This document shows, in pieces, positions 48,286 through 64,000 of a stretch of DNA of 64,000 nt. Location: the NCBI GenBank assembly GCA_013239625.1, contig MU054831.1:1699408-1763407 (forward strand). The letters run 5' to 3'. Position 1 is the first letter of the stretch, and every line of letters begins with the position of its first letter. Position numbers and translations under genes: made by a program. The DNA comes from Lama guanicoe (lineage: Eukaryota). The notes beneath the pieces are model-generated. The model worked only from the letters and a program-made list of their open reading frames with translations, was not told where the DNA came from and did not search any database.

Positions 48286-49679
48286 GCCTCAGGACACAGC
48301 CTGCTCCCACGCAGAGGCCCCTCCGTCCGGGTGAGGGGGTGAACTCAGGTGGGAATTGTGTTCCTCAGGTCACTCGACAGTTAGGAGGTGTTAGTTCAGA
48401 AAACAGGACATCCGCAGGGGACCAGCAGCGGGGGCTCAGCTGACCTGGGTCTGCCTCTGGATCTGCCCCGCGTGCAGGTTGCTCTGAGCAGCCGGAGAAA
48501 GTGGTTATTGACAGGTAGCGTCAGGGCGAGTTTCCCGTCCCTGCTGGTGGTGTGTGACTTGTCTCTACTAATGTGATCGCAGGTGTGTATCCAGAAACAG
48601 TTCTGTCTTAGTCTTGGAGATACGGGTTCCCTGCGTGCTCCCTGGGGTTCTCTTACTCAGACGCTGAGAGACCCGCCCATTTTGCTCTGATGTTACTCCC
48701 CCCGCCCCAGGCCCCCAAGTGCTCTGCAAAGCAGTGCTGAGTGGCCCACCTGGCCCCGCCCCGCGGGGCAGCCAGGCACCCTCCTTCTGCTCACGAGGGC
48801 GGGCGGGCCAGGACGTGTTCTCCGATTTTCTAGCTCACTTACCAACGGCTGAGCTGGGCCTCCGCGTGGTGGGAACAGCTGGGAGCTGGTGTCTCACTGG
48901 GGAGGGGGGAGGAGCAGCCCGGCCCCGAGGACCGTCTGGAGACTTGCTGAGAAACTCCCCCCAGGAAGTGCTGCCGCGGACCGGGGAGGACCAGGGGGGG
49001 CAGAGCCAGCTCTGTCTGGCCTGCGGGCGGTGGCCCGCGCGGCTGTGCTCCCGCACCCTCTCCCTCGTGGCTCCCGCGCTGGTCCTTCCCCGGCTGGGCC
49101 GGCCCCTCCCGGTGTCCTCCCCGCCGCCAGAGCCTTCTGTCCTGGGTTGTCCCTCTGAGAGGAGCGGCCAGGCGTCGCTTCCCCGCTTTTGAAATTTCCC
49201 AGAGAAGAGTCCCAAGTGGCAGGCCACGACTCTTCCTCCGCCCCCGGCTCCAGCCTCTCTGCCTGGGGTCCGAGGATCTGGAGCAGAGGCCGCTTGGACA
49301 TCTGTCCTGTTTGCCTGGACTAAGTCTTCGGTGTCAGAAGGTGGGCCCTGCTGTGTGAGCGGGCCTCCGCCACCCCACGTGGACCCCGCGCTCCAGGCCG
49401 GACAGGCCAGGGCGTGTGCCCTGTCGCCGGGGCTGGGCTCAGTGCGGCATCCGCTGGGCCCTCCGTCCTGCTCGGTGTCGCAGTTCAGATGCCCAGGACA
49501 TGTTTGTTGAGTTGTGTGTGAGCCGGGAGGGTGGGCCTGCTGGCACTGCTAGGGGCTGGCAGTAAACTGGAGAGTGTCAGGGTACTAGAGAGGGAACCGG
49601 GGAGGATGAAGACTTAGCAGGTCCCGCAGGCACCGGCCATCGATGACAAAGCCAGGGCTTGTCTTGCCAGCTCTCAGAA

Positions 49680-50160
49680 GCTCTTTTATCGGGAAGAATG
49701 TCAAACCCATATAAAAGAGATCTTGACTCCCAGTCACACGGTGAGACCCCCTGTGCCCCTCAAAACCCTGAGCGTTTGGACCACCCCCACCTCCCCAGCT
49801 TTATTTCCTAGAGAATTTAAAACAAATCCCCGATGCCACATAAAAACATCAGTGTGTGTTTCCAACAGAAATAAACCCATTATCACACTCCCCAGGATGA
49901 ATAATTCCGAAACATCTTCTTGTATCAAGCTATGTTCCCTTTTCACCAGTTGTGTTAACAAAATGCCTTTTTTCCAGCCATTTGTTGAAATCAGGGTCCC
50001 CTCTGCAGTCTTCAACCTGTAGCCCGTGGCCCCGCCGCCCCCGCCAAGGAGCTGGGGCGTCTGTCCTGTAGACTCTGTCCCCACACTGACTGGTTACAGC
50101 CTCCTGGTGTCCTTTGAACATGTTCCTGTAAGCTCGTATTTTCTATAAACTGGCAGTTTG
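49680..50160 (-). mobile_element. L1MC-like 3' UTR fragment
   Basis: tttaaaacaaatcccc...cattatcacac...aataattcc...tttgttgaaatcaggg...tcgtattttctataaactgg. Confidence 0.65.
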
Positions 50161-50177
50161 ACTGTCAGAGGCCAAGA

Positions 50178-50292
50178 ATGCCTCAGATCATCCCTGACCT
50201 TTTCAAAGTCTGCCCAGCTTTCCTGAAGGAAAAACAGTGTTTAGCAAGAACAACAGTGTGCCTCTCATTTTCACTTTCTCTGATAAATTCAC
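50178..50292 (+). CDS. Candidate alternative coding exon of HDAC4 (ATG-led 38-aa N-terminus, or an 84- or 75-nt frame-preserving cassette)
   Basis: Donor CAC|gtaagt at 50292/50293 in phase 1. Frame is open back to ATG 50178 (A at -3). Acceptors after 50208 (aag) and 50217 (cag) both give phase-1 exons with length divisible by 3. Branch-like ccctgac at 50192-50198. Confidence 0.45.
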
Positions 50293-51699
50293 GTAAGTTG
50301 TGTTGGACGTGCCTCAGGAATTCATAACACTTATCTCATTAAAGTTTAATTCCTATTAATGGGCACACAAGCTTTATTATAGAACTTTGCTATTTTTCCA
50401 TAACTTGCGTGATGCAGAGGAGAAACATTTAATGGGTTGGAATGCTGGAGGCTCTTAGCAAAACTCACGGGGGAGGTGTCCGCCTGGTGGGCCAGTGCTG
50501 GTGTTGGGGGAGGGGGCACTGCTGGGTGTGGGCTGGGAGGGAGGGAGGGCGGCCCGTGGTGCCAGAGGGGTGGGGGGCCGGGGGGCCGAGTCCTGCTGGG
50601 GAGGGAGCGTGAGACCACTCCGGGGCGTTCACGTCAGGGGACGGGCCCGGGGGAAGGTGAGTGTTCTGCTGACCTGAGGAATCATTTCCGTCTCCGAGCT
50701 GTGACATTTTATGGGTAAATGTCAAACTTCCAGTGGGAGGATTTCAGGGCCCCACAGGCCAGGTGCAGGGAATGCCGGCCTCACCTGGACGTCGAGGGAC
50801 ACCCCACGAGTTCCCCGCTGAGTCACAGCATGGAGGGGCCCTGCACCCCTTCGCCCCGCTGGGTGGTGGGTGAGCCTGGGTGTCCCAGAGCTGCCTCCCT
50901 TGCAGCCAGGCCTCTGAGCAGACGGGCTGTTCTTCTTATAAAGACTAACTGGTTTTTAAAAAATTTTTTTTCTTCTGAGTTTAATAGCAACACAAATATC
51001 CCAGCCCAAGACCTCTGCCTCTTCTCCTTAAGTTAGTTTGTAAGGACCCAGGGCTTCCGTCCTGTGGGAGCCCTTGGGCGCTTACAATTCCGCGTCCCCA
51101 CACTGAGTGACACGCCTTCCCCCCGAGAGAGCCTCTGTCTCCAGCCTGTGTGCAGTTCCAGGTTCGAAAGCCGCCTCCTTCCTGACAAAGGCCCCACGTC
51201 CAGGAAATGTGCCGGAGCCTTCAGGGCCCGAGGGGCAGAGGGGAAGCCCAAACCCAGACATTTACTAGGGAGGAGACTCCGTTCCTTTGCAGACCTTCTA
51301 GCAGGTTCCCTGTTAGATCTGCGCTTGCAGCAGGGGAGGGGAAACAGTGGGAAGGGGAGGGGTACCATCATCCTTACTGCTAGGACATATGCCAGCTTCC
51401 CGCCAAGCCCTTAGGTGCAGACTTCATTTTCACCCAAATCTGCAGAGACGCACAGTGAGTCAGAGAAATGCAGGCGGAGGGGCCTGGCCCCACAGCGGCC
51501 CCGAGCAGCAGCTGGGGTTTCTGGCCGAGCCCTGCCCCTCTGCTCCCTGACTTCTGCCTTCTCCCTGGGGACCCAGAGCCCCGGCTGCCCTCTGTCCCCT
51601 GGGTTCCACGCTGCCTCCTTGGGAGCGGGCGCGCCCATCCTGACTCCTGAGAAGCAGCGGGGAGGGGAAGGTTGGGGTGTTCTACAAGGGTGGGCTGTG

Positions 51700-52225
51700 C
51701 ATGGTGACTTTCTCCCAAAGAGTGTCGTGGCGAAAGGGAACATAAATGCACCTTTGCAATGGGGAGGCCGGCGGACACAGGCCAGCCAGGTGGTCAGGGT
51801 CACATCCGTGTGCCGTTTTGTGGGTTGTGATATCACGTGACGGAAGTGGCTTCACCTTTGTTGTCTCCCTGCGAAAGTCACCACCCCGGGCCAATCAGGA
51901 TGGTGTCAGGCAAGTCCCAGTTGAGGGACATTTGACAAAACACCTGACCCGTACATCCTCTGAGGAGCTGTCATGCCCAGAGGAGCCTGGGGAGATGTGA
52001 TGAGTCAGCATCATGTGGAGTCCAGGGTGGTCCTGGGATGGCAGGAGGGCGTTTGGGGAAAACTGGGGAAACCTGAGTAAGGTGTAGCTTTCAGTTAGCG
52101 ATAACCCAAACGTACTATTCAATGTAAGACACCCACCGCAGGGGACGCGGGGTGCAGAGTGTGTGAGAACTCTACTGGTTTTTATTTTCCTGTAAATCCA
52201 CAGCTGTTTGAAAATAAAAAGTTTG
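51700..52225 (+). mobile_element. L1MC3/4-like 3' UTR
   Basis: cccagttgagggacatttgacaaaacacctgacc...ggtcctggga...gggaaaactggggaaacctgagtaaggt...gaactctact...aaataaaaagttt. Confidence 0.8.
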
Positions 52226-52619
52226 CATGAAAGATAAAAGTGGATAGGAAAACTGGCTGGAATGGAGACTTCAAGTTATTCCTGCTGCTGAATGCCGACG
52301 ATTCCGTGAGTCTGCAAACGGGCTCTGGGAGGAGGATGGGTGTGCATTGCTGTCACAGAAGGCGAGTGACAGATAGCTCTGGCACCCCCATTTCAGTTTT
52401 TTGACCTACATTAAACAAGCCCCACTAAGCACATTTCAGAGTATTAATTTTTCCAGTTCTTTTTATGTTCTTGACAAAGGGAGCGAGTGAAGAACTAAGG
52501 CTGAAAGGTGGGGCTAGGTCTCCAACTGTTTGGAATCAAAAGTAGAAAAGATTTCAGACCTCGCTTGACTCCCTTAATATCTGAATGGCTTTATTCTTTT
52601 CCTTTGTCTCAAAACTCAC

Positions 52620-54110
52620 TGGATCTGACCTAGTTGGTTTATCCCAGGAATGTAAAGGTGGTTTGACATGAGAAGGGGAAATTACCAGATGGAAGGGGAA
52701 ATTATTTAATAATATGAATTGATACAGAAAAGCTTAACAAAATGAAGTGACACATGTATGATTTTAAGCTAGTCTTGACAAGGTGGGTGTACAGGGTCTT
52801 CCTTTTTTTTGTCAGAAACCTGCAGCAGGCACCGCGCTCACGGGGAACCAGGGACAACGTTCCCGGTGGGACCGGGAAGCAGACAGGGCTGTCCCCTTTC
52901 ACTGGTTTTGTTCAGTAACGTACCGCGGGTCTCAGCCAGTAGAATAAGGCAAGAAAAAAGAATTAAAGGCACCTGGTCTGGAAGGGAGGAACAGACTCAT
53001 CACCAGAGGTGACGTGATTCCACATGTGGACAGTTCAGAATAACCAGCTAAATGAGTAGAATGAACGTGAGCTTAGCAAGACGCTATAGTTCAAAGCCAG
53101 TCTGTAACAGAAATTGAAATTGAAAATACTGTATGTAGTACTTAAAATATCAAATATCTGGTAGTAAATCTAAAGATGTTCAAGATCACTACACTCAAAA
53201 CTCCGAAGCGTTTTTGAGAGAAATGAAGTGCTATTCCACGTTCATGGACTGGGAGACATAATATTGTTGAGATTCTGTTCTCCCCAAATTCTAGGTACAG
53301 TGCAGTCCCAGTCAGAGTTTCTTTCTCGTTTTCCTTTTTTAATGGGGTGTGGGACTTCATAAGCTGACCCTAACGGTTATGTTGGGTGAAGGTCCAGGAT
53401 GGCCCAGGACGATTTTGAAGAAGGCAGAGATTCTTGCCTTGTCGAATGTTAAGAACGACTGTAAAGTTATGGCAGTTCGTGTGACTGTTGGCACAGGGAT
53501 GAACAAACTGGCCGAAAAGGCAGAGATCTGTCTCGTAGCAGAACTAGTATTGCTGATGAGCAGGTAAAGGAAGACGTCCTAGTAACGGCGATGAGGCGCT
53601 TGGCTGTTCTCATGGGAAAGAAGCCAAAACATCAAAAGCCTGCTTTATGTCATATAAAGAAATCAATACCAGAGCAAGGAGAGACTTACACGTAAAAGGG
53701 AAACCACAAACTTTCAGATGACAATACGGGAAAATATGTCTGCAGCCTCCCGGTAGGGGAGAACTTCTTCAACCTGACAACAAAAGCGAAAGCTTTGAAA
53801 GAAAGACCGATAAACGTGACCTTAGAGAAGGAAGCCGTAGTCTCTGACAGGCTGTCGGCAACATGTGACTGGTAGAGGGGTGCTGGTCACGGCTTTTAAA
53901 GAATTCTCCTGAATCGGGGAGAAAAAGGCAAATGACCCGGTTTTTTTCAAAGGGCAAAAGGCGAATTCAGAACAGCGCATAAACGTGTGAAAGATGCTCT
54001 GTGTCATTGGTCCTCGGAGCAGACGAACCTTCATGAAATAGCCGTCATTCCCACCAGGGCAGGGTGTGGGGTAGTGTGGGGAGCGGGCAGGAGGCTCTCT
54101 CCCAGTTGTG
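52620..54110 (+). mobile_element. L1M ORF2 (reverse transcriptase region), decayed
   Basis: GSRQGCPLSLVLFSNVPRVSASRIRQEKRIKG resembles L1 RT [32 protein letters not shown]. Many stops and frameshifts. Confidence 0.9.
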
Positions 54111-57100
54111 ACCATCACACACTCCCATGCTCCTCCCTCCCCATCTCTTATAACCATCTGTATGTGTTTCATATACTGTTTTTATTAGTCCAAGAAATGC
54201 AATCCCTTATTGGCACTAAGATGGAGATCCTCTTTAATTATGTACATTAGGGAAGGGGTTGAGCCCTTTTATTCAGGTCTGTAGTTTCGGCTTTATTTTT
54301 CTGTCCTGTAGATTGTGGGTGTTGTCATGGAAATGGCTGCAGTATCCACATCACGCCGGTGGACTGTGTGAGGCCTGGCCCGCCTGCTCTGGGCAGGGGG
54401 TGGGGGGGTTCAGTCATCCCCGGGGACGGGCAGCCGTGCAGGGCGTCACCGTGGGGCTTACAGCCTCCCGGGGCCTCCCTGGACCTGTGTCTCTGGGACA
54501 TGCTTGACTCTTTCAGTGGGTTGCAGAGAAGATTCTGTCTTCCTGTTCCCAGAAATGTTGAAAATCTGGACCTAAAAATTGGAAAGCATGAATTATGTGT
54601 GATATGCTTTTCATCCCCAACTTTGTCTTTTTTCTGGTGTTTTCTTTCTTCCCTTCCCTTCTGTCTTTCCTTTTGTCTCTTCTTATCTTTCCCTACTTTC
54701 TGCCCTCTCTGTCTTTATCCAGATTAGGGCAGATTCCTAGGGGCTGGGGGAAGCCGACCTTTGTGACGACGTCCCGGTGCCAGGGCACAGATCCGTGTGA
54801 GTCACCTGTTGCCGCGGGTCTAGCTTAGGCTCCTCTCGGGTCCAGCTGAGACAGAACCAGGTTCTGGGGTGCTAAGTGCATGATCTTGGGGGTGGTGCTC
54901 GGCCCCGCAGGGCTGTCTCCCCACTGTGTAAAAGGTGGGGAGTAGCCAGATGAGTCGGAAGTTAGGTTCCTTTGGCTCCAAAGGCTGTGAATGTACAGAG
55001 GGCCGCCCTGCGTGGGACTCTGATGGGACTCCGAGAGCCAGGTGTGCAGCCAGCTGGGGAGGGCACTGAACCACAGCAGGCATCTGTCGGGGTGAGCTGG
55101 GCCCCATAACCTCCAAACGGATGCTTTCCTCCGCAAGTGCGGTGGCTCCACTGCCGTTGCGTGTGCAGCCGTGTGCTGCATGCTCACTGATGGCGAGTCC
55201 TGTTGTGGGGGGACATGGAGGACACCCGTGCTCCCTGCTCCTCCTCTGCATGTGTGGCTCCCCTTCCAGCTCCCCGAGCGAACTGCAGTGCCATTTGAGG
55301 ACGCCAAGTCCCGTGGTCCCATCCAGCGGGGTTTCCAAAATTAGCTTCTCAAGTGGAGCGAGATGAGGGAGAACCCGGCTTGCAGGGGTGTTTCGCGGCC
55401 AGAAGGAAGTGCTGCTTTGAGTCCCTTCTGCGCTGTGCTCCTGCGGCGCCGTCTTGGGTGCGCTCTGCCCCGGGCTGCGCGGTCACGTGCCGGCGGGGCA
55501 CTCACGTCGGGTTCTGCACTGTCTTTCCCAGCCCCGTAGCCCCGCTCCTTCAGATGCGTCTCCATATTCCTGCTCTGTCCCGGGGTTCTGTCCGCTGCAC
55601 ACCCTCAGGTCTGTTTGACGAGCGCTGAGACTTGGGATTGGGTTTGGAAGGCCGCCGGTCGTATCTGGCCCTGGCACCGGCTCTGGTCCCCGATGCAGAG
55701 CAACGATGCGGCCTCAGTGTCCTGATGCCGAGTCAGAAGGGTTTTCACTCCAGATGAGAAATTTCTAAGTCTGACGTCAGCCGACAAGATGTGAAGATGG
55801 CAGGGTTGGGCGTGAATTTACGGTTGTTCGGTTGCCAGCCAGCCTCAGCCTGGGTGGGGGCGCCAGCAGCTCCCCTCCCAGTGACCGGGCAGCGGGACTG
55901 AGCTGCAGGCCCGCCCGTGGCAAGCCCCGCTCTCCCCCGCCGCCCGCCGCCGCTGATGCTCCAGCTAGTGTGTACTACGAGTGAGTCCTTTCCGGTGACT
56001 CAGAGGGTCAGACCGCGGCCCGGGCCCAGAGACCCAGCCGAGCCGGCCGTCGGTGTAAGGCCCCGGGGAGCCCCTCCGCCCGCGCTGATAGCACGCGTCT
56101 GACTCGCACGCGGAGTCGGCGGTGTTGAGATTGGATGCGTCTTCCTGCCTCCGTGTGGGTGAAGGTGCCACGTTACCAGGCATCACTGTGCCTGTGGCTT
56201 TGGAGTAAGCAGACCTTCGGGTCTGGGGCGGACGTAAGCAGCCCAGCCACAAACTCCAGGAAAGGCCTTGCTGGAGCCGCGGTGCTGGCCCCGGGGCCTC
56301 CTCTCCAGCCCAGGAAGCTGGAGTTCCCTCATTGGTGAAGGCTCAGGAAACTGCTGGTCGTGGGCTTGCCACACTGGTCTGTTCTGGAACTTTGGCTGGA
56401 CACTGAGGGGACGACTGTGGAGGAGGCCAGGCCGGGGCGGGGCACGGCGTGCGTGGTGGGCAGAGCCGGAGGGAACACCCCGGCTTGCTCAGGCCCAGCT
56501 GCAGGGCCCGGCAGGATGGCTTCCTCTGCTCCTGGCCCCTGCCGTCAGAAAACTGCAGCTAGTTTAGGTTTTTCAAAAGTGCCTTTTGGTGTTTTGGGAA
56601 GTGTTTACAGTGAGATTAGAATTTTTAGAAATTTGTATAGACTTCTATGAATTTTTTAGTTTTAAAAATGAAATTTTCATTTCATATATTCACTTCCGGG
56701 AAAAGGGGCTTGAACGTCCTCTCCGTCGCTATCTGGAGTCCCTGTGTGAGTGGCGGTGAAGCGGCTCATGGGACGTGGTATTTGGGTTACAGGCTGGCTC
56801 AGGGCTGGTCGGGCGTCTCCGGTGCAGCCCTCGGTGCAGACAGCTGGCTGATGGTTGGGGCCTGATTTGCCTCCCAGGTGACTGTGGCATCTGGTGCTTC
56901 TCCTGACTGGGCGAGCTGGACTGTCTTAACCCCAACCCGCGCCCCGCATCTTCTTAGAGCCATTTTGATATTTTGAAGTTGGCGGAATCAGGAAGGGGTG
57001 GCTGACGGTGGAGAGAAGACCCCAGGTCCCGGCGGTGGAGTCCCCGAGTGCACAGGGGCAGCGGGCACTGCAGGGGAGCAGGCCCGCGCCGCCTGCCCCG

Positions 57101-58085
57101 CCGCCCCCCTTCCTCGGGAGGGTCTGCAGGTCTCAGGAGACACTTCTGTGTCTCCTCAGAGTCCGGGCTTTTGTTCTGGCATTTGCACATCTCCAGAGAT
57201 CCGCGGGGGTCACGGAGCCCTGCATTCGAAGGCCGCAGGAGGTGGTGCCCGTTCTTGGTAAAAAGCAGGTTTTATCACAGTCAGCAGACTTGCTCTTGCT
57301 TGTTTCTGTCACGATTTGCAAGTCTGCTGGGGGCTGTGGCTGCTCTGGGAAAGCAGTGCTTTCTCCTTAAAATCAGTAACGACGTCTGTGATGACGCGCT
57401 TGTCACCGCAGGCGTTCACACCAGTCGTTAGAAGCTAATTTTACACCAAAGTGTGATTCCTGGAAGTTTTGTCAGCATTTCCTTTCTTGTTCGTTGGAGA
57501 GAGTATGGACGCTCCCCGGCGGTCTCAAGGCAGCCGGCGCCGGGTTCGGGGGGGAGTGGGTTTCGATTCTGCCTCTGCCGTCAGGACAGTCGCGGGTGGA
57601 CTTGGGAGGAGCGTGCCCAAGGTGCAGGTGCCCGGCCAGGTGTCTTCCCGTGAGAGCGGGTTTGTGTGTCTTCGTTTCCTTGACTGGCCCGCAAGCAGCC
57701 TCACCGACAGCTGCTTCCGACGGGGCCTCCCCCGGCTGGGTTTCTGGGGCAGCCCGGCCAGTGGGCCGAGTCTGGAAGAGGCCAGCAGCTCCTCTGCTTT
57801 TACTGCCTTCGTGCTGTGGTCCCTACAGAAAGGCTGACTCCTGCCAAATGCAGGTGGGGGGAAGGTGGTCGCCAAACAGAGAAGAATCTCGACGGCTGGA
57901 CAGATGCCCGCAGGCCGGAAACCGGTGGTCACCCTGTTTGCGACCAGACTGTCCGGGTTATTGTGCAGAAGGTCCTCCATCTTTGGTTCCATCAATGGAA
58001 ATAACCCCTGGTGGATTACAGGGGAGAAGGACCCACGCGCGTCCGCTGTTTGCAGGGACTTGCTCCTTGCAGACTCCGAGTGTAA

Positions 58086-64000
<5,915 letters not shown>

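Noticed and set aside
52809-53012. Reverse transcriptase motif QGCPLS as an active or novel RT system
   Set aside because: Decayed L1 ORF2 with many stops and frameshifts.

Overview
GC-rich mammalian genomic DNA, most likely camelid: it carries a Vic-1-type tRNA-derived SINE at about 4770-4904. The window lies inside HDAC4 on the + strand. About 58 kb is the large intron preceding a 72-nt phase-1/phase-1 coding exon at 58144-58215 ([24 protein letters not shown], exon 3 in human numbering), followed by about 5.8 kb of the next intron. Apart from that exon and decayed L1 frames, the ORF track looks like chance GC-rich ORFs. The introns hold old L1, L2 and MIR fragments, Tigger1 and MER47/Tigger5 DNA transposons, two solo ERV LTRs, microsatellites and one 128-N gap. 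The most interesting signal is a set of candidate alternative 5' or cassette exons in the big intron. Two are open in the HDAC4 frame: 32320-32419 (MRGIQGELCSLMYRFLKMFDDLCLSFRKALLFL) and 50178/50209/50218-50292 (MPQIIPDLFKVCPAFLKEKQCLARTTVCLSFSLSLINS). Others would be non-coding leaders. Exon 3 itself opens with an out-of-frame ATG whose Kozak -3 base comes from whichever exon is spliced upstream. All of these exon calls are motif and frame inference and need RNA evidence. No prokaryotic-type system is present.
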